DNA of 64,000 nucleotides from Caecitellus pseudoparvulus (Eukaryota; Protista; Bigyra: Bicosoecida): positions 930,001 to 994,000 of the forward strand of contig CBFFRQ010000069.1 in the NCBI GenBank assembly GCA_965644315.1, written 5' to 3'. The position numbers were made by a program, and so were the translations under genes. Below the pieces are notes generated by a model. The model saw nothing but the letters and a program-made list of their open reading frames with translations, was not told the origin of the DNA and did not search any database. Shown here piece after piece: positions 1 to 12,228 of the stretch (the stretch's first letter is position 1; each line of letters begins with the position of its first letter).

Positions 1-779
1 GTCTTCGTGGAGGCAGGTGTGGAAGCGCTGTGGCAGAGACTCGTAGAAAAACACGATGTTTGGCTTGATAGCCCCGCCCTTGCACTTGCGACACCTCGCC
101 ACGTCCCCGGCCGCTGCGGCACGCTTGACCCGTGACATGGCAGCGCTGGCGCCGCAGGCGACGCAGGACGCCTTGTCGAGGCTTCCATGGCATTGCACAA
201 TTGCTTTGGCTGGAACCCCCGCCCGAGCCTCCAAGGAGTCGATGTTCTGTGTGTACACCCTCTGCAGCTTGCCGGCCTTTGCGAGCTGGGCGACAAAGCG
301 GTGTGCGAGGGACGGCTCGGCTGCTTCAAAAGCCTGCAGCAAAGGTGACACCAGGGAATAGAACAGCTCAGGCTCCTCTTTGAAAACCCGCACGTCAAAC
401 CTGAGGGTGGGGTGGCAGTGAAGGTCGGCCGGGTGCACGCGTGCTGGCAAAGTGCAGGCGGCTGCACGTACAGTTCCTGTGGTTCCGAGAGCTGTGTGCC
501 GCCGAACTCTCCCGCAGCAATCTTAGCATACAGCCCAGAATTTGGACTTCGAAAGTCTGGGATTCCGCTGGACACTGACACGCCTGCTCCGAGAATGACG
601 ACCACTTTGCTGGCAGCTTGCAGCGCCTTCACCACGCACGCCAGAGAATGCACTGCTGGCTGAGGCTGCCGCGAGGAGTGGGCAACACGACGCTTGAGGG
701 ACAAATCTGCATCTAACACTTTCTGGGCGGCAGAGGCTATGCTGCTGCCGGCAGCCACCCTCCCATGCGCTGCAGCCAT
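1..779 (-). CDS. NAD-dependent deacylase, sirtuin (class I, SIRT1/2/3-like); 3' end runs off the window
   Basis: Manual minus-strand translation from ATG 779 with intron 401-471 gives LGAGVSVSSGIPDFRS, FYSL, RVYTQNIDSLE, QCHGS, CRKC and IKPNIVFFYESLP, all diagnostic Sir2 motifs. Not in the ORF track. Confidence 0.93.
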   Translation of the reverse strand, partial: MAAAHGRVAAGSSIASAAQKVLDADLSLKRRVAHSSRQPQPAVHSLACVVKALQAASKVVVILGAGVSVSSGIPDFRSPNSGLYAKIAAGEFGGTQLSEPQELYVQPPALCQHACTRPTFTATPPSGLTCGFSKRSLSCSIPWCHLCCRLLKQPSRPSHTALSPSSQRPASCRGCTHRTSTPWRLGRGFQPKQLCNAMEASTRRPASPAAPALPCHGSSVPQRPGTWRGVASARAGLSSQTSCFSTSLCHSASTPASTK

Positions 780-952
780 GGCTTGGGTTGGCGGCGAAGG
801 CGCGGAAATTGAACGCCGCACTCCCTACAAATTCGCCCCGCAGGCCACCATCACAAAATTTCAGTTCATGGGAGAGCATGCATGCTGTACCTGCCACAAA
901 GGGTGTTCTAAGTATGGAAATATATTGAAGGAGAATTCATTCGGCGCTGCAG

Positions 953-2029
953 TCACAAACTCAGAAGGCGCTTGAGCCACGGCTTATACTCCACAAACAT
1001 GTGCTCGTATGACCAGAATCCTTCCCTGGCAGCGTGCTCGTCAGAGTCCTCCGATGACGCTTCCCGGCGCTGGCTGCCTTGCTTGCGTTCAGGAGGGCCT
1101 CCTCCTGTGCTGCCCTGCCGTGCGCGGCCTCGCACAGGCGATGCACTGCGGTGCCTCGCCGCGCCAGCGGCCGTTGCCGCTGCACTGGCATGGGAGCTGC
1201 TTCGGGAATGGGCAGAGGATGCCGACGCGGCGGCAGCAAGGGCAGGAGCAGTGGCAGGCGCGGCAGGCATGTCGGGGCCGGCCGCCGCCACCATGGGCAC
1301 AAACAAACCCTCCGCCTCCACGCGCTCCCAGCCGCCCAGGCCGTCGATGAGCATTTCCTCCAAGTCATCGTCCGTGACTTCAGGGGGCAACATGCTGCGC
1401 AGCGTGGTGCGGAAGTAAGGCACGGGGATGGACCCTGACTTGTCAGGGTCGAATAGCTCGAAGGCTCCAATCATCTCGGATTCTGTGTGCTTGTGAGTGG
1501 CCTGCACACGCGACGCTTGGTGGGCGTGCCGCACACCCGCAACCTGCACTGCGCCCACACGCACCCGAATGGCCAGGACACTGATCAATTCCTCCAAGTC
1601 CAGCTGGCCGTTTCCATCAGCGTCTGTCAGCGCGATGAGTCTGCGCACGAAGGGTTGGCCTGCAGTGCGGAGCCAGCAGTCTTCGCACAGCCTGCCGCCT
1701 CCCTCACTGCTTCGTTTCCAGGGGCGTGATGTGGTCCCCCAAGTGGCGGAGCAGCGGTGCCAGCTTCTTTGCAGGCAACAACTTGATGTCTTCATCCGCG
1801 AACTCCAGGAACTGTGTTTCCAAGTACTCCATCTGGGCAGGGACCGCGCAAGGCGTGATGCAAGCGTTTCGCGTTGCGTCGCAGTCGACCGCACCTGCAC
1901 CGGCGTAAGCATGTCCAGCAGCTCACGATGCCGCGCAACCAAGTTCTTAGCAGCAAGAGACCGATTCCTGCTCCCCAGCTGGCGGGCCCTGCGGGCTCGG
2001 CCATTTCGCCGAGCAAAGGCTGCCCTCAT
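953..2029 (-). CDS. Calmodulin/centrin-like EF-hand protein with Ala/Ser-rich insertion (spliced)
   Basis: EF loops DADGNGQLDLEE and DPDKSGSIPVPY, plus EMIGAFELF. An alternative-frame exon at about 1706-1833 reads MEYLETQFLEF...LAPLLRHLG (degenerate EF1). GT-AG introns are present; the start codon is uncertain. Confidence 0.75.
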   Translation of the reverse strand: MRAAFARRNGRARRARQLGSRNRSLAAKNLVARHRELLDMLTPVQVRSTATQRETLASRLARSLPRWSTWKHSSWSSRMKTSSCCLQRSWHRCSATWGTTSRPWKRSSEGGGRLCEDCWLRTAGQPFVRRLIALTDADGNGQLDLEELISVLAIRVRVGAVQVAGVRHAHQASRVQATHKHTESEMIGAFELFDPDKSGSIPVPYFRTTLRSMLPPEVTDDDLEEMLIDGLGGWERVEAEGLFVPMVAAAGPDMPAAPATAPALAAAASASSAHSRSSSHASAAATAAGAARHRSASPVRGRARQGSTGGGPPERKQGSQRREASSEDSDEHAAREGFWSYEHMFVEYKPWLKRLLSL

Positions 2030-2367
2030 GGCTGCAAAGACCCTCTTGGCTGCTGCGAGACTATGCCCTTCCCGAGCTCCAAGCTGCGGCTTGCACGAGC
2101 CTCACTGCCCCTCCTTTCGCCTGCACGTGCCTTGAGCAGCAGGGAGTGCTCCTGTGAAAGAAGACTCTCGCGGGTCAGGGTTGTGTAAATTTCTCCAACG
2201 CTGCAGCTGCATCCCGCTGGCGCTGGGCAGCAACGCTGGATGCCTGTGGGGACGATTCAAGTGCACTCAGGGCGCCTCAGACGGCAAAACACAACACCAC
2301 CCCCGTTGGCTCTCCAAACTTATTGCAGACTGGGGCACTCCCTTACAGTCGTGCTCTGAGCTGCGCC

Positions 2368-4458
2368 ATGGCGGCCGCAGCAGGGAAGGAGGGAGCCTCC
2401 AACTCCCGGGATGCCGGGTACAATGTCGCGATGAAGTCTGAGTGCGTTTGGACTGGCTGCGTGCACGTGGGCGAGAAGCATGCGGCTCACGTGTATGTTC
2501 TCAGGTTCATCATCCCTTCGGACTTGCTGCAGCGCATGCGAGAGCTGCGCTCACAGCGTGTGGCAGATGCTACAGGCGCCAAAGTGGAAGTCGGCACCTA
2601 CAAGACTTTGGGCGGTGGCCAGCACAAGCGCAGGCTTACCGATCGAGGTGCGGCTGCCGACCAGAGCCCTCGCGGTCAACGAACACTCCACGCATTTACC
2701 CCCCGCTGCCTTGACCACAGGCATGGTCAAGTCTGCTGCTGCCACAGTGGCTCCAAGCACTGGTTTGGGTGAGTGAAACGCGTGCGAAACGCAGCCGCGT
2801 TCCGCATGCTCTGTTTGGCGGCCGCAGGTGAGGAACTGAACATTGTCAAGTCTGACTTGAAGACCAAGTTGAGGAAGAAACAGTACCCTTTCAAGACCGC
2901 GGCCCGGCAGGCGAAAGGTGGCAAGGGCGCGCAGAAGCGTGCCAGGGGAGGCCAAGCCGCCGACGCCACGGCCAGCGACGTGGCAAAGAAAGCCCGTGCC
3001 GAGGGCGGTGCTGTCACGACAGCAGCAGGCGAGAGCCATGCTGCAGTTGCGGCTTCCAGCTCCCCGCCAGCAGCAGCGGCAGCGGCGGAAGCACCTGGGG
3101 TTTCTGTGGAGCCTGAGGGTGACGACACGCCCCTCACTCCTCGCGAAAAGCGCCCGCTGGACCTGCAAGGCAAGGTGTACATCGCGCCGCTGACGACAGT
3201 CGGAAACCTGCCCTATCGACGGATCATGGTGGGCTTGGGTGCAGACGTGACAGTGTCGGAGATGGCGCTGGCGCACCAGTTACTGAAGGGTGAGAACAGG
3301 GAATGGGCCCTGGTGAAGCGCCACCCCTGCGAGAAGATGTTCGGACTGCAAGTGGCGGGGGCACACCCTGAGGACATGGGCCGCCTAGCGGAGTTGGTGC
3401 AGAATGAGCTGACGGTGGACTTCGTGGACGTGAACATGGGCTGCCCCATTGACCTCGTCTGCCAGCGCGGCATGGGCAGCACCCTCATGGGGCGCCAAGC
3501 CAAGATCCGCGGCATCATCAAGAACATGACCAGCATGATGGACGCGCCGCTGACGTTGAAGATGCGCATCGGCATCGACGACAAGAAGCCCATCGCGCAC
3601 AAAGTCGTGCAGGCGGCGCGGGAGGTCGGCGGTGTCCACGCCTGCGCCGTGCACGGGCGCTCCAAGGAGCAGCGCTACACGCGAGAGGCGAACTGGGACT
3701 ACATCTCCCGCCTGGTGGACGCGGCACAGGAGGGGGTGGGCCAGGACGGCGAGCTGCTGCCGCACATGCCCATCATCGGCAACGGCGACATCATGACGTG
3801 GCAGGACTGGGAGGCGGGTATGGCGACGGGCGTGACGACATGCATGCTGGCGCGTGGCGCCCTCATCAAGCCCTGGCTGCCGACCGAGATCAAGGAGCGC
3901 CGGACGTGGGACATCTCCTCCCGGGAGCGACTGGACATCCTGAAGGATTTCGCCAAGTACGGCCTCGAGCACTGGGGGTCAGACGACAAGGGTGTCGCGC
4001 GCACGAGGCGGTTCCTGCTCGAGTGGCTCTCATTCACCTGGCGGTACGTACCAGTGGGGCTCATGGAGCGCATGCCCCAGCGCATCAACCAGCGCCCGCC
4101 CCTGTACGTGGGCCGAGACGATCTGGAGACTCTCATGGCCTCCCCCGAGGCGGAGGACTGGGTGAAGCTGAGCGAGATTATCCTGGGCAAGGTGCCCCCA
4201 GGATTCACCTTCAAGCCCAAGCACAAAGCCAACTCGTACTCCATTGGCGGCACGTCCATCACCTCTTCCACCCTTTCCGAGCTGGACGCCACATTCTTGA
4301 CTGACGCGCTGGCCGGCACAGGCTTTGGTAAACGGCTGCAAACCCCCGAGTACAGTTTGCTCAGTAAGGTGATGGCAGAGCCGGACATGCCCATTGTCGG
4401 CTCTTACGAGGCGTATGTGTCAGAGCAAGATGGTGCTGCGGCCCCGCCTCAAGGCTAG
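2368..4458 (+). CDS. DUS3: tRNA-dihydrouridine(47) synthase, DUS3-like (5' introns)
   Basis: IAPLTTVGNLPYRR, VNMGCPIDLV, HGRSKEQRY, GNGDI, ARGALIKPWL, EHWGSDDKG and FKPKHKANSY are DUS3 hallmarks. Upstream exons from ATG 2368 are inferred. Confidence 0.93.
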
Positions 4459-4860
4459 GTGGGCAGGCCTGCCTCCGCCCCCCAAATGCATGCTTGAACC
4501 TTGAATTGGCAGTGAAGACGGCAGACACTTGGACTCGCAGATGCACAAAATCAGACCCCACAAAAGCTGCATCCCCGTGCTGCTGCCCTGTTCCCCTGCC
4601 AACAGCTCACACACAGCAGGTGCCAGCTCCGCTCCTCCAGCACCTCGATTGGTTCTGGCAGCACACTTCCGGTGCTTCCGCAGCGTCTTGAAACGTACCC
4701 TCCGCGCAGTAAGCCCACCTGTAGCTTTCACGTGAAAGGAGAAGGTGAGTTTGGCCGAGGCCTCGGCGGCGCCTGCAGGTTGCTGCCGGCTGCAAACGCC
4801 GCAGGTTGCTGCCTCCTGGTGCACCCCCCTCCACTTACAGGCCCTCCCTTGCCCCGCAGC

Positions 4861-6172
4861 ATGGCACAGTACCTGCGTTCATTCTTCGTCAAGGATGAAT
4901 GCCACAAGGCGTATTCGTTGGGCGCAGTGCTCGGCACTGGAAACTTTGCCACTGTAGGTTGCGGAAGATGCCTGCGGCAGGTGCCGCGGGACGTGCACTG
5001 GCCACACCTCCCACCTTGACTGCTGGCGTCACGTGCAGGTAAAGCGGGCCACAGACAAACAAGATGGCAGTGAGTGGGCCGTCAAGATCATTGACAAGGT
5101 GAGAGGTAGGCGTCCCGACGCTTGAGCGCTGGAGCCAGTGCTGCCGAGAGGCAGCATCGCAGGCCCTTGCACAAGGCGGTGACTGCATTTGGCAGTCAGA
5201 GCTCACCGGCATGAGCTCCACTTGCCCCCATCACAGGCCAAGCTGGATGCTGAGGATGAGGCTGCTCTTCAAGTGGAGGTGTCCATCCTGGAGCGGGTGG
5301 ACCACCCCAACATCGTCCGCATGCGGCAGGTGTTTGACTGCCCCCGCACCTTCTACATGGTCATGGAGATCATGACCGGTGGCGAGCTCTTTGATCGCAT
5401 TGTGGAGAAAGAGAAGTACTCTGAGGAAGAAGCCCGGCAAACCGTTCGCAAGATCGCTGACGCCCTCGTGTACTGCCACTCTGAAGGCATCGTCCACCGC
5501 GACCTGAAGCCAGAGAACCTGCTGTACGCCAGCGAGGCCGACGACGCCGAAATCAAGGTCGCCGACTTTGGCTTGGCCAAGCTCGTCGCAGAGGCTGACA
5601 TGATGGCAACGGCATGCGGCACGCCAGGCTACGTGGCGCCCGAGATTCTCAACGGTGTGCCATACGACGAGAAGTGCGACATGTGGAGCCTGGGCGTCAT
5701 CCTGTACATTTTGCTGTGCGGCTTCCCGCCATTCTACGATGAGAACAACGCGGAGCTTTTTGCACAGATCAAGTCTGCTTCCTACGACTACCCTTCTCCC
5801 TACTGGGATGAGGTGTCGGACGAGGCCAAGAGCCTCATCGACGCCCTGCTGGTGGTGGACCCTTCCCAGCGCCTGAGTGCTGCCGAGTTCTTGGAGCACC
5901 CGTGGGTTGTCAACAAGGCTTCCGAAGACACCCTCAGTGGGGCCGTGGAAGGCATGCGCAAGATCCAGGCCAGGAAGCGCTTCCGGCAGGCAGTTCTGCG
6001 TGTCGTAGCGGCCAACACCTTCAAGCGGGTCATGGCCAGCAACACCGGCATGTCCAACCCAGATGTCCTGGCCAAGGCAGCAGAGGAAATCGGCGAAGCG
6101 GTGCATGAAGAAGCCAAGGTTGCTGGGGAGGGCGAGGCCCCTGCAGCGGCTGGCGGCGGTGCTGGAGAGTAG
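4861..6172 (+). CDS. Ca2+/calmodulin-dependent protein kinase (CaMK1-like)
   Basis: LGTGNFATV exon, WAVKIIDK exon (about 5039-5098), HRDLKPEN, DFG, CGTPGYVAPE and a C-terminal CaM-binding-like ARKRFRQAV segment; two 5' introns. Confidence 0.92.
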
Positions 6173-6408
6173 GCCAGCCGGGTGCCTGTGAGGGGGCAGT
6201 GTGAGCTTGGATTTCCGGGTGGCAAACCTGATTCAATTCAGAAAGTCACAACATCGCCTTGGTGAAGCAAAGTAGCCGGAGAGTCAGCTGCAGCACTGGC
6301 CCTGCAGAGGAAGACTGGCGGGCAGAGCACCGCGCGGAGCGAGCCAGGCCAGACGAGTTCCCGACGGGCACCGTCGCGCGGCAGGTCGCTCACTTCGGGG
6401 GCAGAACT

Positions 6409-9400
6409 ATGGATGAAGCACCGAGTGGGGGGGCTTTTGCGAGTATTGGGGAGCAGCAGCAGGCCTCCTCTGCAGGAGGGCCAGTGTCCCCCAGGTACGG
6501 CCTGCCACGGCTCCGCTCGCGGCACACAGCATGGACCAGAAACTGCTCCGCACTCGCACAGGAGCGCCTTGTACTCTGAGCTGAAGAGCCATGACGCACA
6601 AGTGGCATCCATTGTTGTGAATGTGTATGACTCCAACCTGCAGACTTTGAAGGCTGCCTTTGATGCGCGCGCAGGCAACGTGAAAGAGGTTCGCCCTGCT
6701 GTCGCAGCGACCACTTGCCTGCTGCCACGCAGCCCTCCTCCGTATGCAGGCTGAGTTTGTGGAGATTCTCTCCGGTCTCTTGGAGGAGACGACGAGTATC
6801 TCATTCCGGAAACCTGCGCGCCTTGCGGTGGATGAGGCGAACTCTGCTGTGGCAGGCCAGGGCAACCACACCTCTGGCGTGAGCGAGGTGACCAACCTTT
6901 CACGGGAGCAGATGAAGCTGCGGCTCAGGCAGCTCTTTGTTGAGATCGATGCGAATGCTGACGGTATCGTGAGTTGGCACGACTACTCCTCGTGGAGTGT
7001 CGCACAGTCTGCACAGACCAGCGACACTGTGCTCTTCACCGACGCTGTCCGGCCCTACAGCCTCGCCCTCGACATCTTGCCTTCGTCCAGCACGACACGG
7101 GCTCCTGGTGTCAAGGCCATCCGAACCGCACCCAGAGGTTCGGGGGGAGCTGCTGCACGGGTCGGCTTCACGCGTCCTGTGCGTGCGCGGCCCTTGCGCA
7201 AGGCACACGCCTCGCTCATGGCAGCCCCGGCGGACGGCGAGGGGGAGGAGGAGGCTGGCGAGGACATGACCTTTGCCAAGGTGGGTGGCAAGTGGGTGTC
7301 TCCGCTTGGACCTGAGCCGTCTGTCGTGATCAAGCCCACCAGCACCCGCGTTGGCATGGTTCACGTGCCCAAGTCAGTCCTGCAGCACCGACTCGCGGAG
7401 ACGTTGTCGTCTGAGGAAGCCATGCGGGCAGCCCTCCTGGACAGCCACTCCGGGCACGGCCCGGCCAATCAGTCCACTAGAGGAGAATGGCTGCACCACC
7501 AAGTCAGGCACAGAGAGCACGCAAGCCTGCGCACGGGTGCCGCTCCCACCCAGCAGCGCAGACTTGCGGGGTCTGCCTCGGCACCGAACCTGACCCCGCT
7601 GTCTGAGCGATACTTGGACTGGGCCTCCTTCGCGCCCATTTTGCGGGACACCTTTGTGCCTGATGGGTATGTGGCCACCACAGCGGACGTCAGCACAGCA
7701 CATTCCAACTCCAATGTGCGGGCCAAGCAAGCTCGACAGGCTCCGACTTCAGTGTCGCCCGGCATCCCCAATACCATGCTTGCTGCCCGGCGAATCACTG
7801 GGTCGGAGGGCATGGCGGAGGGCCCACTGGCTGGACCAGACGATGGGCCTTTCTCAGCATCGGCTGCACATGGAGAGCTTGCTGGGCAGTCCCGGAATGC
7901 CATCGAATTCCTTCGCTACTTTGCGAGCTTGGACGTCGTGGCAAAGATTGACACCAGCATGCCTGGCGTGGAACTGTGGAATGCCACTGACCTCACGCCG
8001 TATGGCCTGCTCATTGACGATATGAACACCGTGGAGCGAGGGCCTGCCTGGGCGCGCACGACGGCAGCCGACCTGCAGCGCAGCCACGTTATCGAGACTC
8101 GCAAGGTGGAGGCGGTCGATGTGTTCACAAACCAGTCCGCTCGCCAGCCCCGATCATTCGCCTGCACATCAGCTGCGAATGGAACGCTGAGTTTGTGGGA
8201 CTTGGGCACGAAAGGCCGACGAGGAGAGGTCGTGCGCTTCCCAAAGCTCGCTACTTGGAGCGCTGGCGCAACTCAAACTGCGCTGCAGTTTTGGGAGAAG
8301 TACTCCGTACTGTATGCAGGGGACGATGAAGGGGAGGTCAGTGCCTGGGATGTCTTTCACACTGTGCGCATGTCACGCAGCAAGCCCTGCAAGGGCATGA
8401 TCACCGGTCTTGTGCCCCTGCCTGAGCTGGATGCGCTGGTGGTGGGCTCTGCCGACCACACAGCTGTCATCCTTGACGCCATGACAGGAGCCGTGCACGT
8501 GCGCCACGCTGGTCACCGCAGGGCGGTGGTGGGTGTTGACTACTTGGCCCACCGGCGCTTGGTGCTGACGGCCAGCGTGGACCATGACGCGCGTGTGTGG
8601 AGCGCGTCAGTGCCCGTGACCATCATGACCCTTTCTGGGCACATGGCGCCGCTGGTGGGCGTGTCAGCTGTGCAAGGCACGTCTGAAGTCATAACCGCTT
8701 CCCTGGATGGCGCGATCAAGGTGTGGGATCTCCGCAAGCCGGCACGGGCAGTGCAGACCTTGCACGTGTCCCGCACAGAGGAGGCCATGCGCATCCGGCT
8801 CAAGGAGGTGGCAGGCATGGGGCGCTCTCGGGCCGACAGCCGCGAAGATGCGGGGGAGGACTTTGCTGTCGGGACGGGCTTCGTAGGCGCCGCGACGGGC
8901 GGCGTTCAGTCTGCGCGGGGAACCACCAGTACGCCTGCGCAGGGTGGGGCTGCAAAAAGTGGGGGTGCAGTGGGTCTGCAGCGGGCAGTGCAGCTGGCAA
9001 GGCACGTCGCACACGGGACCGTCATGCGAGGATTTGCTGTGTGCCATGGGCGGCACCCCTCCATCCTGGCTGGCTTCAAGCACATCCAGAGATTCCGGCA
9101 AGCTCGTGCCCCAGCCACCAGCAGCGTCACCCACGATGACCTGGTCACGGGCGTCATCGTGGATTCGTTTCATGCCAGCATCATAACGTGCAGTGGCGGG
9201 CAAGTCTTTGTCTGGTCAGTCCTGACAGGGCAGCTGGAAAACAAGCACGTCATCAGTTCTGACCGCATCACTGCACTGGGCAAGTCAGCCGACGGCGGTG
9301 CCTTCGTTACAGGCACGGACAAAGGCGCGATCGCCGTCATGTCAATGGGGACCGGGCACAAGGTTCGCACCTTGCAGGCACACACGGCTGAGGTGGTTGC

Positions 9401-12212
9401 CTTCGCTTGCCTTGGCCACCATTTGGTGTCAGCTGGCAGGGACGGCCGCGTGCTGCTGCATGAAGACCCCTTCACAACGTCATTTTCCACTGAGGCTGCG
9501 CCGTTTACGGTCGTGTGTGGGGCTGCCTTTCCTCAGCGGCTCCTGCAAACCTTTGCGCGGCCCTCCGCAGCGTTCGGGCACGCGGCCAGTGGGGAGCGAA
9601 GCAAGCGATCGACGCAGGGCCGAGGCACGCCCGCATCCCGTGAGCTTGACCGCATCCTGCAGCGCCCCAAGGCCGCCCTGGGTTCTTTCCATGAAGGGGA
9701 AATTCGCTGCGTGGCAGCTCGGGGGGAGGCAGGGTACATTGCGTCCGGGGATTCAGCAGGTGTAGTGTTGCTGTTCAAGGCGAGTTCGGCGCACTGCGAA
9801 GCCAAGCTTCAGCACGCGTCGGCTGTGAACGCCGTCGTGATTCCGCCCCACGAAGACCTCATCCTGACAGCTGATGACACGGGCAGCATCCTGGTATGGC
9901 GCCTGGATAGGGGCGTGGCCGCGCAGCACGTGCTGTTGGCTGGCTGGCGCCACGTACCTCACAGCTTCTACAACCCACAACGCAGCGCTGAGCAAAAGGA
10001 GATCAGACGCAAAGCGCAAGCGAAGCGCAAGGCTGAAGCCCATGCTGCTGCGCTGGCAGCCGCTCAGGCACGGCAGTCCACTGCCTCGGCTGCCATTGCG
10101 TCCCTGGCGGCTGCACCGCACAGCACGGCCGCCCTCAGCGCGGCGGTTGACGCCGTTGCGGACGCAGCGCGGGAGTCCGTCCAGGCAACTGTGCCCCAAA
10201 CTGCACAAGCTGCGCTGCAGGACGCAAAGGGCGAGTACGAGAAGCTGCTTGCGCACACTCGACGCCAAGCAGCCCGTGATGCCCTGGCCTCGGTGTTTGG
10301 AGCCCGGCGCAGTGCTGACAGCGGAGGGACGCCTGCAGCAACGGCAAGTGGCACACCTTCGGAAGGCAAGGCGCCCGGGCGGACTGCTGTGCGGGCCAAA
10401 ACTGACACTGCCACTGCTTCCTTCTCTGCCCTGACACAACATGCAGTCATCACAAAGATGCTGTGGCACGCCGGCACACAGGCTCTGTACACCGTGGACG
10501 ACGATGGGTTGGTCTGTAGGTGGCATCTCGGCGACCTGTTGCACGCTATTCATGAGCGGGAAGGTGGCACGCGAGCGCGTAGCTTGCCCTCCACCGACGG
10601 CGTCAGGCGCAGCATGGCCACCCCCGTACGCCGCAGCCGTGCAGGTGCTGATCAGCCACCCTCTGCCACGATTGCAGGTGTGGCCACCGGAGTTGGGGAG
10701 CAGGAGGCGCCCCGGCCCGCTCGGATGGCAGACACAACTGCTGCCGCCACTCGGGTCGAGCTTCCCTCTATCAACGCCAGCTCAGCACAAGAGCGGCCGA
10801 AAGGCTCGCCGGCATCCCTGTCTCTTAGGGCTCGCCAAGCCAAGGTGCGGCATCGCAAGGTTGCCGCAAAAGCTCGCCGCAAAGCAGCAGCATCAGCAGC
10901 AGCATCGGCAGCCAGGGCAGCTTCAGAGCTCGACCCATACGCGCCACTGGCAAGCACAACGTCGGCGGACTCTCTGCTAGGAAGTCCGCATGCCTCCCAG
11001 CGTGGCTCTGGGTCTTTTGAGACTGAGAGCTCCCTGGCCCTCTCTAGCTCAGGCAAGCTTCGACGAGTTGGTTCGGCCGCTTCAAGTGCGGTGTGGAGCG
11101 AAGGTGGCTTTCCCGCTGAGCCCCATGCTGACGCAGGAACCCTGGGCAAGGGGCTGTCAAGCAGACCAAGGAGTTCCGCAGTGCGCCGACGCTCGCCTCC
11201 CTCGGGCCAAGAAGATGGCACCCCTGAACAGACGCGCGAAGTACAGCCTGTGCCAAGTAGTCGCCCCAAGCAGCGCTCCATTGGAACGTACAAATTGAAG
11301 TCAGCGGTGCTGCGTTTCTTCCAGCGATGTCCCCTGCTACACCCCGACCTTCCAGGAGTGTTTGATTTGCCCATCATTGCGTCTACAGTTGTGAGTTGTG
11401 ACTGGATGGCTCCTGCTCATACCAGTGCAGGGGCTGCGTTGGCGATGCTGGACATCCCTGGCACTCGCCCTCACATCGTGAGCGCGGGGATGGACCAGCG
11501 CGTTGTAGCAACAACCTGCATGGGTGGTGATCGGGCCGGCCTGCTCGTGGTGAATTCCACTGCCACGCGAAATCCGCTGTGGGACGTCATGGTCGATGTC
11601 GGTATGCTGCGCGGCTTCCTTCTCGCTGAAGAAGTGGCTGCAAAAGGCAGAGCGCGCTCGTCCCATGCCGGCGGGCAAACAAAGCGAGCCACTCCGCTGC
11701 AAGTGTCCAGCCCCAGCCCTTCAACGAGGGGCAGCAGTCGCCTTTCCATTCGGCAGTCTGCCTCAAGGAAGGCAAGCAGGGGCACCACGCTCGACCCTCT
11801 TTCCCAGGGCTCCCGGTACACTCAAGAAGTGCAGAAGGTGCTTCGGGACCAAGCTGCCTCCGCGTCCAGAGCTTCAGAGCAGGTGGGGTCCGTGGGCAAG
11901 GGCGGGCTCTTGTCGCCGTTCGAGGCTGATTGGCCAGATGACGGGCGACCCTCCTCAGCCTGGCTTCGGAAGGAGGCCGACAAGCTCGCCAGATCGCCGC
12001 GTAGCGCACAAGGGTCACCAACACGCAGCACGAGTCCTGGGGGTGCATTTTCGTTGCGGCATGGCAGCCAACGTGGCGCGCCTGCCCTGAGAAAAAGCTC
12101 GCTTCCTGCCTCTGCGCGCGGGCAGGTTCCGGAGGAAGTCTCACAACGAGCGAGAAGCGCCTTGGCGCTGTTGCACTCTGCCGATGACCTTGGCAGGTCC
12201 CTGCCAGTGTGA
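6409..12212 (+). CDS. EF-hand + WD40 repeat protein (WDR49/WDR64-like, probably ciliary)
   Basis: EF loop IDANADGIVSWHDY, many GH...WD/WS repeats (e.g. ITASLDGAIKVWD) and long disordered segments. Two short 5' introns link ATG 6409 to the 6744 ORF. Confidence 0.8.
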
Positions 12213-12228
12213 ATCTGTCCTGTACCTG

